Shown here one piece after another: positions 35,300-45,550 of a stretch of 64,000 nt of DNA. Location: the IMG/VR virus record IMGVR_UViG_3300044612_001159, positions 32,001 to 96,000 of that record. One strand, written 5' to 3'. This stretch comes from a virus. Under the pieces are notes generated by a model, which made no database searches, was not told where the DNA came from, and was given only the letters and a program-made list of their open reading frames with translations. A program made the translations under genes and the position numbers. Each line of letters starts with the position of its first letter. Position 1 is the stretch's first letter.

Positions 35300-37084
35300 T
35301 TATATTGTTTTTAGTCTATCCAAATAGTCTTTAATTTCTTCTATTTGACTAGGTTTATATTGTATCACGTTCTCAGGGAGCGTGTCAACTTGGCGTGGCC
35401 TATCCCTAAAAGTGTGAACCTCTACTTCAGAGTCTATATTCTTAGGAGTGTGAGATATAGCACCAAAAATAGCACCACACACAGCATCGGCCAAATCTTT
35501 AGATTTTTTCCTGGGGTGATCAACTTTATCATTTTTCATAATTTTTAACTGGGTTAATTCTTCAAACAATAATTCTATTGCTGGCATAACAAGTCTTTCT
35601 TCATATACCAACATAGCCATATCCTCATAATGTTTTTTAGCAACAGAAACAGTATCAGTTTTCATTCCTACCTGATTTAACTCATTCTGAATATCAAATG
35701 ACTGCCAACGGTCAAAAGAAACCATGCCAATATCAAACCCTATTCTTCTTAGGTTTTGGATCCACTGCTTAACCTCAGATAAATTAACTGGACCCTCTAC
35801 CTTTGGTTCCCACCAAGCAACGGCATCTACTACAACTATCGGAGCGACCTGTTCGTAATTATTGATTACCTGTATGTTTACCCATTTTTCTACATGGGCA
35901 ATTGCAACTGCACACTTGTCATGCTTTTGTGCAAGGTCAGCGTGTACATAATATTTTTTATTTGGATCTGGCTTAAATGATTCATCAAACCTTTTAAAAT
36001 CATCTATTGGGTTTCTAGTTGTCATGCAGGATCTTAACTTTTCTGCCTGCTTAAAAAATGCGTCAGAAGCAAATGTTGGAACACAAGCAAAGCGCATCAT
36101 TGCATCTCCAAGGTCTGTCATAAATGCAATCTTAAAATCATCAATCTTTCTTGTAGGGTTTACTTCCCATGTAGGTCTTTTAAGTGCAAAAACTCCAGGG
36201 TATTTGTATGAAAGTATTTGATCTTCATCCCATGATATTTCAAACCTATTGTCTTTATCATCTTCTGGCAATAGCGGATTAATTATAAACTCATGCCTTT
36301 TTTCTACTACTTCTTTATCTGCAATAACAGAGTCGTACCTTTCGGAAATAAAGTCTCCTGGGTATCTTGGGAACGAAAGCAAAACAACTTTGCCTAAGTC
36401 TGGAAAACGAGAGTCTACGGATCCACGGAATGCTTTGTATATGTTTTCTGCAGTCTTGCCTTGTTCATTTCCTGTGCCAACTTCAGATGCAAAGCCAGAA
36501 ATCTCATCAAGAACAGCAAGCAAAAGATTCAGACCCTCATGCGATTCACGCTCTGAGTGTCCAGAGTAAACCGTAATTGACTTATCAAATTCAATTGAAT
36601 CTGCTTTAGGATTATACTTGCCTGCAAACCAAGGAGACTTTTCAATCTTTGTTTTAAAACCTTTAAAGAAAACATTTTTTGCTTGTTGTGCGTTAATAGC
36701 AACATTGATTAGGTCTATGGCATCCCCAGTGGGTTTGCCGAAATATCTGGCTGGATCCTTAAGGCATAGTAACTTATAAACGATGTAAGCACAAGCAACA
36801 GTAGAAGTAAAATCTTTACCGCTACCCTTTCCAAGTTGGAGGATAATTTCATTCTTAGTATATTTTTCATAGTATCTTGCACCTTCTTCATGCCCCATCA
36901 AATTTTCTAAATCTTCTTTACGATATATTTGGCTCATTGCCTCGACAATGTCATATTGAATATCCGATAGGCCTGGCTGACCAAGGTAATCTGGTGACTC
37001 AACAAATGTCTTTGCGTCGACTGGTGTCTCTTCAAAATGATTATCTTTAAGCGCTTCTAAGAAATCATCAAACATCATGGACAA
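35300..37084 (-). CDS. terL: terminase large subunit
   Basis: GKGSGKD Walker A, VLDE Walker B, HADL and DLADA nuclease motifs. Confidence 0.92.
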   Translation of the reverse strand: MSMMFDDFLEALKDNHFEETPVDAKTFVESPDYLGQPGLSDIQYDIVEAMSQIYRKEDLENLMGHEEGARYYEKYTKNEIILQLGKGSGKDFTSTVACAYIVYKLLCLKDPARYFGKPTGDAIDLINVAINAQQAKNVFFKGFKTKIEKSPWFAGKYNPKADSIEFDKSITVYSGHSERESHEGLNLLLAVLDEISGFASEVGTGNEQGKTAENIYKAFRGSVDSRFPDLGKVVLLSFPRYPGDFISERYDSVIADKEVVEKRHEFIINPLLPEDDKDNRFEISWDEDQILSYKYPGVFALKRPTWEVNPTRKIDDFKIAFMTDLGDAMMRFACVPTFASDAFFKQAEKLRSCMTTRNPIDDFKRFDESFKPDPNKKYYVHADLAQKHDKCAVAIAHVEKWVNIQVINNYEQVAPIVVVDAVAWWEPKVEGPVNLSEVKQWIQNLRRIGFDIGMVSFDRWQSFDIQNELNQVGMKTDTVSVAKKHYEDMAMLVYEERLVMPAIELLFEELTQLKIMKNDKVDHPRKKSKDLADAVCGAIFGAISHTPKNIDSEVEVHTFRDRPRQVDTLPENVIQYKPSQIEEIKDYLDRLKTI

Positions 37085-37601
37085 TTGTAATCACTTCATC
37101 TTTCTTGGCAATATCAGAAAGCCTACGCATAATTTCATCTCGTATCTGCGGATACTCAGACGCTATGTCACGAAGAATTCCCATCAAAACTTCTTGCCGT
37201 CTTTCTATCTGAATCATCTCTTCCGCCAACTCCTTATTCTCAAGAAGTCCAGCCTTTTGTAGCATATCAATTCTTTTAGACTCAATGTCCATTACAAGTT
37301 TAATTGCAGCAGTCTTTGCACTAAGATTGTTTGTCATTGATGCTTCATCAATAACTTCGTATGTACGAGACACCAGTTTACTATAGTGGGTGTCTGCTGC
37401 AGCAAGTGCCTCTTTAGCACGAGCACGAATAGCATCATTAGCAGATGCCATGACTTTCCACTCGTTGATAAGTGTTACTACTTTTTGTCTTGGTATAGCA
37501 AGTTGTTTTGAAATTGCAGTTGGGTCATTACCTTTTAAGTATTCTTCTACTACTTGATTAACCTGATCAAGGTGCTTAACTAAATCATCTTCAGTTGACA
37601 C
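37068..37601 (-). CDS. probable terminase small subunit
   Basis: N-terminal HTH, helical, directly upstream of terL. Confidence 0.6.
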   Translation of the reverse strand: MSTEDDLVKHLDQVNQVVEEYLKGNDPTAISKQLAIPRQKVVTLINEWKVMASANDAIRARAKEALAAADTHYSKLVSRTYEVIDEASMTNNLSAKTAAIKLVMDIESKRIDMLQKAGLLENKELAEEMIQIERRQEVLMGILRDIASEYPQIRDEIMRRLSDIAKKDEVITIVHDV

Positions 37602-37869
37602 CGTTTAACTCCCTTGCTATTTTTAGCAATATCAAGTATCCAATAAGGTCGTCTATATCATTGTCGCCAACATAAGATCCACCCCTAGTTATTCTAGATA
37701 ACTTGTCATCAATACGAACATGCAACTGCTCTACACTATCAGAGGTAGCAAAAATTCTAACTGGATTTAAAGCAGAGTCTCCATAGGACTTATTCTTAGC
37801 AATAAGCATTTCCTTAATTTCATCACAAACCTGAGCAATTGTAAACTGTGTCTCAGAACTCATCTTCAT
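37591..37869 (-). CDS. DUF1599/nucleotide-modification-associated domain
   Basis: KN..YGDS, RIDDKLSR, DLIGY. Confidence 0.65.
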   Translation of the reverse strand: MKMSSETQFTIAQVCDEIKEMLIAKNKSYGDSALNPVRIFATSDSVEQLHVRIDDKLSRITRGGSYVGDNDIDDLIGYLILLKIARELNGVN

Positions 37870-37986
37870 CCTCTTCTTCCCACGATGCTTCCCAATCTTC
37901 CATACTCTTAGATAGCCTAATTAATGTTATTCCCGCTAAAGCAGAAAAAACTCCAATAAATACAACAATAGGTAGCAATATTTTTT

Positions 37987-38142
37987 TCATCGTCTCGACT
38001 TCCTTAATTTAAATTTAGCAAGATATACATAGATTGTCTCCACGCTAACCCCACATTCTTTTGCTATTTCTTCTGGAGTCTTTTTATCCATAAGATACCT
38101 CTTACGCATATAAGTCTCGCTTGTATATAGTTTAGCAGCCAT
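37987..38142 (-). CDS. small HTH protein (51 aa)
   Basis: KTPEEIAKECGVSVETIYVYL. Confidence 0.7.
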   Translation of the reverse strand: MAAKLYTSETYMRKRYLMDKKTPEEIAKECGVSVETIYVYLAKFKLRKSRR

Positions 38143-38146
38143 GATG

Positions 38147-38737
38147 TTATTTGTCAACCCCCAAAGCCTTACCCCAATTATTTATTGCCCAATGACCTAT
38201 ACCGCAGGCATCTGCAGCATCATTATCTTCAATATTTCTATCATATATAGTGTTAATAAATCTAATTGTTCTTTCTTTTCTTAAATTACGCTCATATGTT
38301 TTGTACCAAGACTCAGACTTGCCTGGGTTTTGTGACCTAATATATAGTTGTTCATCTTTAGAAATTTTTTTGTTTCCTATATAATTTTGCCATGTAATAG
38401 GAGCAACCTTACCTATGGTTTGGATGCCAGACTGTCCAGCAGCACCAAGAAGAGCACCCTGAACTAAGGCCAAGTCTGCAGCAGTTTTAGGGCTGTTCAT
38501 GAATACCGTATGCTCAATAACAATTGCATCAACATTTATAATATGGTCAAACAATGCCTTTGATTTTTTTCCAGCATCAATAACTTTTTCGTATATGTCT
38601 TTACCCTCAAAAGTTATTTTTCCAACTTCTTTTAACTGATCATTATGAAATGTAGCATATGCAAGACTATTAGTGCTGGCATCAATAGCGCAAATTCTTT
38701 CTGGCTTAACTTCGATGCCCCATTTATTTTTTACCAT
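38147..38737 (-). CDS. ruvC: RuvC-like Holliday junction resolvase
   Basis: AIDAST, VIE, D.ADA..IG. Confidence 0.85.
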   Translation of the reverse strand: MVKNKWGIEVKPERICAIDASTNSLAYATFHNDQLKEVGKITFEGKDIYEKVIDAGKKSKALFDHIINVDAIVIEHTVFMNSPKTAADLALVQGALLGAAGQSGIQTIGKVAPITWQNYIGNKKISKDEQLYIRSQNPGKSESWYKTYERNLRKERTIRFINTIYDRNIEDNDAADACGIGHWAINNWGKALGVDK

Positions 38738-39008
38738 TAGTCCTATCCTTAATCTTTTTTAGTGCTTTAGCAACTGCATCTGGGTTGACAGAGCATGTAT
38801 TACAAATTTGGTGGTCATTGTATATTGATAATGGCATTGAACAAGATTTGCAAGGCCTTATCTTTCCTTTTCTTTTTGCTCTTTTTGATTGCAAATACCT
38901 TGCAGCAATTTTTTCTTTTGTTGCAAGGTCTCTGCATTCTACTGAACAATATATCTGATACGATACTGATTGATCAAATTGTTTATCGCAAAAGTTACAA
39001 TGTCTCAC
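38724..39008 (-). CDS. Cys-rich zinc-finger protein
   Basis: four CxxC/CxxxC pairs. Confidence 0.7.
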   Translation of the reverse strand: MRHCNFCDKQFDQSVSYQIYCSVECRDLATKEKIAARYLQSKRAKRKGKIRPCKSCSMPLSIYNDHQICNTCSVNPDAVAKALKKIKDRTNGKK

Positions 39009-39810
39009 CGAGAATCTCCAGGGGCGTTATTTTAATTACGCCTGTCCCTGCAGACTCGCATGCCTTTTTGATTGGGCATGACTTGCATATCTTGGAATTA
39101 GATCTATAGTTCTTGACTGGTAAAGTTTTATCTTCCCATGCCTTTCGAACTGTCCTCATCCAATCAAATGCCTGGTCTACCCACCGACGGTAATGATCGT
39201 TTACTTCTACGGGAATCAAAAGAAGTTCATGATTGTTTTTATTTTCATAAATCATAACACCCTTTGGCCGTTTTAAAATCTTCATATATATAAGTAGTTG
39301 CATAAGGTGTCCATTCTTGGCTTTACCAGATGCCTTTCTATATTCAAAACCCTCATTCATCATTGTTTTAATTTCACCAATGAGTTCTTCACCTTGCCAA
39401 TCAAGCATAACATCTCCGTATCCAAAGATAGGAGGATCGCTGTGGGTGATCTTAAACTCTGTTGTAGTCTCATTGTCATCATTGCGATATATTTTTGCTA
39501 CCCCTGAATTCATCATTGCTGCCTGAATTCTGGCGTGTGATAGTGTTCCAGCAGTCATATTTGCTGCTGCATATGCATCTGCATTATCTTCAAACATTTG
39601 ACCATCAAAAGCAAGATACCAATATCTCGCACACTCTCCGTGCCCATATGCAATGGTTGAAGGGGCAAAAGTCTTTTTGACAGTGTGCTTATCTACACGA
39701 TTAATCGTATATCCTTCTTTAATCTTTGCTTCTAGGGCAGCAATATCCATAGAGTGAACTGGCTTTTCTTCTTGTTTTATCATAACTGTATGTAGTAAAT
39801 TTTTTGTCAT
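38995..39810 (-). CDS. Cas4-like/PD-(D/E)XK exonuclease
   Basis: C.R, H, GD...EIKT, Q..IY, C..CP....C. Confidence 0.85.
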   Translation of the reverse strand: MTKNLLHTVMIKQEEKPVHSMDIAALEAKIKEGYTINRVDKHTVKKTFAPSTIAYGHGECARYWYLAFDGQMFEDNADAYAAANMTAGTLSHARIQAAMMNSGVAKIYRNDDNETTTEFKITHSDPPIFGYGDVMLDWQGEELIGEIKTMMNEGFEYRKASGKAKNGHLMQLLIYMKILKRPKGVMIYENKNNHELLLIPVEVNDHYRRWVDQAFDWMRTVRKAWEDKTLPVKNYRSNSKICKSCPIKKACESAGTGVIKITPLEILGETL

Positions 39811-39844
39811 TTTAACTCGTTTCTGTTAGTATAAGTATAGCAGA

Positions 39845-40150
39845 TTATCGGATTATGTACTTTAAAGCAGAAACAAGATTGTTGATTGACTCTGCTGCAG
39901 TGTAATAAAGATTCTTTTTACCTCTATCAGACTTGTCTACATTTGCCATCCAAGTGGCCTTGAGAGACATTTTTGCTGCAATTGCCTGTAGCCTAACTAT
40001 CTCTACCGTCGCTACATTAAGTGGTATGTCTGGCTTTATAATAATCTTAGCAATGAAAGTAAGAGCCGTTGTCAACTCCTGATCATCCATATAGTCTGCA
40101 ATCTCTGCCAAACCATTTACCATATCTATTGTTGTTTGTTGTTGCTCCAT
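39845..40150 (-). CDS. hypothetical protein
   Basis: ORF track. Confidence 0.75.
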   Translation of the reverse strand: MEQQQTTIDMVNGLAEIADYMDDQELTTALTFIAKIIIKPDIPLNVATVEIVRLQAIAAKMSLKATWMANVDKSDRGKKNLYYTAAESINNLVSALKYIIR

Positions 40151-40431
40151 TATTCCTCCGTTAGTTGTTCTAAAATACTCATCTCAATTATAGCAAGCCT
40201 GACCTTGGCGTTACCCTCGCCAATAACCACAACTATGGCTGGGTCTTTTCCATTCTTTATAGCATCAGTGGTAGCCTTTGCCCACACCTCTTTATTTAAT
40301 GTAAAAGATTTTCCAACCTCTTTAAAATCTACAACAAAATTTTTCCAGGAAGCGTCACCTTTTTTAGTATTGCGACCAGAGTTTTTGTGCTGCTTGGCAC
40401 CTATTCTTTTACTTTCACTCTTCTCGCTCAT
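40150..40431 (-). CDS. Hjc-like resolvase/PD-(D/E)XK nuclease
   Basis: NSG...KGD.....VDFK. Confidence 0.65.
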   Translation of the reverse strand: MSEKSESKRIGAKQHKNSGRNTKKGDASWKNFVVDFKEVGKSFTLNKEVWAKATTDAIKNGKDPAIVVVIGEGNAKVRLAIIEMSILEQLTEE

Positions 40432-40600
40432 TGACCTTCCTTTTCTTATAACCAACCTTAAACAACTGAACTTCAGACAAGTGTTTATCAGAACACATCC
40501 AAGACGCCATACCAGTTGCAAGATATACTCTAATAGTTTTTACTTCTTTTTTACAAACCTTACAAGGAAACTTTCCTTCGTAAACGCTATACTTGTCCAC
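40415..40600 (-). CDS. zinc-ribbon protein
   Basis: CKVC...C...H. Confidence 0.65.
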   Translation of the reverse strand: MDKYSVYEGKFPCKVCKKEVKTIRVYLATGMASWMCSDKHLSEVQLFKVGYKKRKVNEREE

Positions 40601-41603
40601 TAATTTTATTCTTAATCATATCTTGTAGATCAAGATCCTCTCTTACCCTATTAATAAATCCTTCTCTTCCCTGAATCTTAGTTCCGTCTGGAAGAATATA
40701 CCATGCTCCTGTACGCTCTACAAAACCCATAGACTCTGCTGTGTCAACAAGATCAGCAATTGCATCTACTCCTAATACGTCTCCTCTAAAATAGAAATCG
40801 TATTCTCCTGATTGAAATCCTGGAGAGGTTTTAGAAAATTGAAGTTCCCATCTAATTTTTCTTCCAATCTTTTCTTCTATCAACTTATCTCCGACTTTAA
40901 TCTTTCCCTTAAGTGCTTGATTGTCCGACTCTGAAGAAAATAGTTTAATAACACATGAGGAATAAAACTTAGTAGCCTGACCACCAGAAGGCTGCTGGCT
41001 AGTATACATAGCATTGATATTGTTACGAGACTGAGAAATAAGAACAAGCAAAGTTGGCTTAACTTTGTTGTTTGCATAATTAAGCATTTTCCATGCGTTA
41101 CTAAAGTCACGAGACTCTGCTCCAATCTGCTTTGTATTTTCCAAAGCCTTCATCTCATCAGTGTCCTTTTCAAAATAAATTGCAGGAAGCATTGATGTAA
41201 TAGAGTCTACCACAATTAAATCAACCCCAGCATTCATTAAAGCCACACCCACATCTACCATATCGCTGATAGTTCTTGCTTGTGAGTAGATCAATTTTTC
41301 TGGATCTACCCCCATTTTACGAGCCCAGTCTTCAGAATAAGACATCTCTGAATCAATCCAAGCACACAACTTTCCTTCTGATTGTGCAAGGGCAATCATT
41401 TGCAAACACATGGAAGACTTTGCAGAAGACTTACTTCCCCAAATCAAAACCTGTCTGCCATATGGCAAGCCTCCACCCAGGGCTTTGTTCAGTCCAAAAC
41501 TAGGGGTGGGCTGATACTCAAAATTTACACCAATACCACTGCCAAGTTTCTTTCTTAACTTTGGGTCTAACTGTGCTAATGCTTCTTCGATACTAACTGA
41601 CAT
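40587..41603 (-). CDS. recA: RecA/UvsX recombinase
   Basis: LGGGLP.GR, variant Walker A GSKSSAKS, VVDS, Q.R, GG.A..F. Confidence 0.9.
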   Translation of the reverse strand: MSVSIEEALAQLDPKLRKKLGSGIGVNFEYQPTPSFGLNKALGGGLPYGRQVLIWGSKSSAKSSMCLQMIALAQSEGKLCAWIDSEMSYSEDWARKMGVDPEKLIYSQARTISDMVDVGVALMNAGVDLIVVDSITSMLPAIYFEKDTDEMKALENTKQIGAESRDFSNAWKMLNYANNKVKPTLLVLISQSRNNINAMYTSQQPSGGQATKFYSSCVIKLFSSESDNQALKGKIKVGDKLIEEKIGRKIRWELQFSKTSPGFQSGEYDFYFRGDVLGVDAIADLVDTAESMGFVERTGAWYILPDGTKIQGREGFINRVREDLDLQDMIKNKISGQV

Positions 41604-44600
41604 GTACATCCTCCAATGTTACGGTTCCGTCTTTAGTCTTGCCAAAATCAAACTTATAATACTTTCCTTCTTCAATATGCATATATGCTTTTGCAAATGA
41701 TGTTGGAAATACTGTTATTGAGTGCAGGTCTCTTTTTGTATCTGCTAAAGTCAATGATGCCATTTTCTTGCCTGCTTTGGTAACTCTAGGCTTAAAAGAA
41801 ACAACAAACATTTCATCATCTTTGTATGGCAACTGTTTATATCCTAAAAATTTAACCAGCGCATGGGACGAACTTTTTATTTCATCAGACGGTATGAAAG
41901 ATACAATCCTGTTATCGTTACAAAGGACCAAATAAGAACGACCCGTCTCAATAGCGGTATTTTCATCATCAAATATACCGACAGACCCAGTCTTATCCAA
42001 AATTTCAACTCGTGACCATCCTGTTCCCCTCTTAATAGATTTTACCATACCCATGAATATATAGGAACCCTTTTCTTCAAAATCAACAATGTCCTGAATA
42101 AAAGCGTAGTAATGAGAAGGTATAGTAATGTTAAACTCTGGAAGATTTAAATATTCATATAAGTTTTCTTTAATCTCTTGATCATTTCTAGGATTATCTG
42201 GAAATGTTGCTGCACCAATTACACGAAGTGCCTGAAGTGCACGAGAGTTTACTCCATTGCCCTTTGTGAATGTAAACTCTTCAAGTTCTTTGTAAGACTT
42301 AAAAGGTCGTGCCGATATATATCGTTCTGCAATCTTATCAGAGATAAACTTGATTGCCGAGAGTCCAAACCGAATACCCTTACCCTCAATTTTAAAATCA
42401 ATATCCGAATCATTAATGTGAGGTAGTTTAATGCTAATCCCCATTCTTTTCGCTTCAATAAGATATTCAGTTCGTGCATCTTTATCCTTTTCATTCTTTA
42501 GAAGTGCAAACATAAACTCTAGTGGATAATAATACTTTAGCCATGCTGTCCAATATGATAGCGTTGAGTACGCTACTGCATGGGACTTATTAAATGAATA
42601 CCCTGCGTGAGCCTCAAAGTCATGCCATAGATCACGAGCAAGGTTTGGGCTAATAAAACGAGAAGCACCCTCTATAAACTTATCCTTAAATATGTCAAAC
42701 TCTTTAGCATCTTTTTTCTTTCCAATGATCTTACGAACCTTGTCAGCCTCAGACATAGACATACCGCCAAGATGTACGCAAGCCTGCATAACCTGCTCTT
42801 GGTAAAGAATACAACCATAGGTTTCCTCTGTAAATTCTTTCACAACTTGATGAATATAGGATATATTCTGACGACCATGTTTACGATCAACATAATCTTT
42901 TCCAATTGTATTCATTGCGCCTGGACGAACAAGAGCATTTGAAGCAGCAAGTTCTGCTAGATTTTTTACACCCATCTTAATTAGTAGGTTTGTGTATGGT
43001 GCTGCTTCACACTGGAACACGCCCTTTGTATATCCATCTGACAGCATTTGATAAACATTTTTATCATTCATATCTATTTTAAGAAGGTCAATCTTTTTAC
43101 CGTCACGCTCTTTAATTATGTTAATGGTGTCTTTTAGAACAGACAAAGTCTTTAGTCCTAATGCATCTATTTTAATAAGGCCAACCTTTTCAGCCTCTTC
43201 CATATCAATACCGACCACTGGTATGCGATCATCAGATCCAGGAGAAGAACGAGTTTCCAACGGCGCATACCTAAAAATTGGATCCTTACTAGTAACCACA
43301 CCAGCAGCATGAATACCAGTTCCCCTAATACGGCCACGAAGTTGTTCACCATATTCTTCTACCTCTGGATATTTTTCACGAAACTCTAATGTTGATTTTG
43401 ATGTACAGTAATCATCCCACGAATCTACTGTCTTTAGAACCTTGTTTACATCTGACAAAGGAATGTTTAGAACTCTGGCAACGTCTCTAACAATTCCTTT
43501 ACCAGTAAACTGAAGGAATGTTGCAATAGATGCTACATGTCGGTACTGTCTTACAAGATAGTCTTTAACCTCTTCACGCCTAGTGTCCTGAATATCTGTG
43601 TCAATATCTGGAAAGTCATTACGGTCTGGGTTAATAAATCGGAAGAACAATAGGTTGTGCTGAATTGGATCTATATCTGTAATTCCAAGGGCATAGCAAA
43701 CTAAGGACCCAGCAGATGACCCACGACCAGGTCCAACTAGAATCTCTTCCTTCTTTGCCCAGTTAATCATGTTGCTAACAACCAAGAAGTACGGAGCAAA
43801 CTTTTTATCCTTGATAATTTCTAACTCTTCGTTAAGCCTGTCTATATACTGCTTGCTTTCAGACAACCCTCTTGCTGTCAAACCTTCCAAAGCAATCTTT
43901 GCAAGTTCCTTATCTGGACTCTTGTACTGAACTGGCAGCAAGTTTAAGCCTTCTTGAATTTCATAGTCTTCTACAGTGTCTGCAAGCGATAATGTGTTTG
44001 TGTATATATCTTCTCTATCAATACCCTGGGATTTCATGGCTGCCTTCATCTCTTCATAAGAAAGCAAATGAATATCAAACTTATTAAATGTTATCTCTCT
44101 ATCTTTACCATAAAGCAAGTCTAGCCTGTCCATCATATTAGAACACTTTGCCGACTTAGCATAAGAAACATCTTTAGAGAGTTTGGCATGGGTATTCATA
44201 ATTAGTTTAAATTCTTGAATTTCTTTTTGCCCTGGATGAGAATGGTGGCAGTCTGGAGTAACAATAGCCTTAATGTTAAACTCATCTGCTAAATCCAAAA
44301 GGTATTTATTTATGTGGGCTTCGTTGTGTGGCATAACCTCAATATAATAATCACTGCCGAAGTTATCTTTAAACCAACTAATATACTTCTTAGCGAGTGC
44401 AAATTCTTCTTCTTCTAAAGCCTTTACCAGCACACTGCTTGGGCATGCAGAAGAAACAATAATTCCTTCTTTATATTTTTCTAATATCTTAAAATCAAAC
44501 CTAGGCTTTTTAAAGAAGCCATCAGTCCATGCTATTTCGCTTATCTTATTTAGATTTTCTAAACCAATTTTATTCTTGGCTAGAAGGATAATGTGATTAT

Positions 44601-44868
44601 AGACAAGATCTTGTTGACCTTCTCTTTCATTCTTATCACGCTTATCGGATATATCAGAACACATATATCCTTCTAGCCCAAGAATAGGCTTAATGCCCTT
44701 TGCTTTTGCAACTCGGTACAGTTCCCGATGCCCAGACAATGTTCCGTGATCTGTGATAGCCAATGCTGGCATACCAAGTTCAACTGCTCGGTCTACTAAT
44801 TCTTCTGGAGTAGCAATCCCGTCAAAAAGACTAAAGTGGGTATGGACATGTAAGCCTACGTAGTTCAT
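41593..44868 (-). CDS. dnaE: DNA polymerase III alpha subunit
   Basis: PHP HVHT..S..DG, GRGS.AGS, PDIDTD, Y.FNKSH. Confidence 0.97.
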   Translation of the reverse strand: MNYVGLHVHTHFSLFDGIATPEELVDRAVELGMPALAITDHGTLSGHRELYRVAKAKGIKPILGLEGYMCSDISDKRDKNEREGQQDLVYNHIILLAKNKIGLENLNKISEIAWTDGFFKKPRFDFKILEKYKEGIIVSSACPSSVLVKALEEEEFALAKKYISWFKDNFGSDYYIEVMPHNEAHINKYLLDLADEFNIKAIVTPDCHHSHPGQKEIQEFKLIMNTHAKLSKDVSYAKSAKCSNMMDRLDLLYGKDREITFNKFDIHLLSYEEMKAAMKSQGIDREDIYTNTLSLADTVEDYEIQEGLNLLPVQYKSPDKELAKIALEGLTARGLSESKQYIDRLNEELEIIKDKKFAPYFLVVSNMINWAKKEEILVGPGRGSSAGSLVCYALGITDIDPIQHNLLFFRFINPDRNDFPDIDTDIQDTRREEVKDYLVRQYRHVASIATFLQFTGKGIVRDVARVLNIPLSDVNKVLKTVDSWDDYCTSKSTLEFREKYPEVEEYGEQLRGRIRGTGIHAAGVVTSKDPIFRYAPLETRSSPGSDDRIPVVGIDMEEAEKVGLIKIDALGLKTLSVLKDTINIIKERDGKKIDLLKIDMNDKNVYQMLSDGYTKGVFQCEAAPYTNLLIKMGVKNLAELAASNALVRPGAMNTIGKDYVDRKHGRQNISYIHQVVKEFTEETYGCILYQEQVMQACVHLGGMSMSEADKVRKIIGKKKDAKEFDIFKDKFIEGASRFISPNLARDLWHDFEAHAGYSFNKSHAVAYSTLSYWTAWLKYYYPLEFMFALLKNEKDKDARTEYLIEAKRMGISIKLPHINDSDIDFKIEGKGIRFGLSAIKFISDKIAERYISARPFKSYKELEEFTFTKGNGVNSRALQALRVIGAATFPDNPRNDQEIKENLYEYLNLPEFNITIPSHYYAFIQDIVDFEEKGSYIFMGMVKSIKRGTGWSRVEILDKTGSVGIFDDENTAIETGRSYLVLCNDNRIVSFIPSDEIKSSSHALVKFLGYKQLPYKDDEMFVVSFKPRVTKAGKKMASLTLADTKRDLHSITVFPTSFAKAYMHIEEGKYYKFDFGKTKDGTVTLEDVHVS

Positions 44869-44869
44869 C

Positions 44870-45526
44870 TTACCAATCAGTGTTGGTAGACGAAGTTACT
44901 GACGGACCATCAAAGCCCAAGTAGAACGCTTCTTGTTCTGCGTAAGGAACCTTCTTAAGTGCTGACTCCAAAGGATATGGCTCGATACCCTTCCAGTCAA
45001 ATGGTTCCTTGTCTGGTGCTGATGGAATAAGTGTATAGTTTGTTTCAGTTCCCTGGCCGTTACGCTTCAACTTCCAAACTACATTTGAGATGCTTCCTGT
45101 TTCTAGGGCATACTCACGAATTGTATTAAATGATGATTGCTTGCTGATACCCATTGACCAGATAGCAACATACGGTGCCTCAATGCCGTCGTCGACTAGG
45201 ACATTGCAATAAAAGCGAAGACGGCCACGCCATCCAGCCTTTGGATCTTTACGGTGCATTTCTTCAGCCCAGTCACGGCCTTCTGATTCCATAGTATCTA
45301 CAGCACGACGCTTATAGTCTTTTGGATTAACATGTTCTTTGACAACAAGAGCAAGTCCACGGCTATCGTTATAGTTAGCAGAGTCCTCATCTAGTTCTTC
45401 AATGAAACGGATTTTTACTGACTGACCATCAGCAAGTTTTAGCCACTTGATCTTTGGTCCGTCGTTTTCATATTTTGGCTTATCGAGCAGGGCATTGATA
45501 TTTTTTAGTCCCTTAATAACGCTCAT
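44870..45526 (-). CDS. single-stranded DNA-binding protein (gp32-like)
   Basis: position in the replication module; LKRNG.GTET.Y; acidic/aromatic tail. Confidence 0.6.
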   Translation of the reverse strand: MSVIKGLKNINALLDKPKYENDGPKIKWLKLADGQSVKIRFIEELDEDSANYNDSRGLALVVKEHVNPKDYKRRAVDTMESEGRDWAEEMHRKDPKAGWRGRLRFYCNVLVDDGIEAPYVAIWSMGISKQSSFNTIREYALETGSISNVVWKLKRNGQGTETNYTLIPSAPDKEPFDWKGIEPYPLESALKKVPYAEQEAFYLGFDGPSVTSSTNTDW

Positions 45527-45550
45527 AGTTTTCTCCTTTGTGTGTTTGTA

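Noticed and set aside
32532-35334. Long plus-strand Ser/Ala-rich ORFs
   Set aside because: Antisense shadows of low-complexity, codon-biased minus-strand genes; the same applies to the plus-strand ORFs within the TMP.
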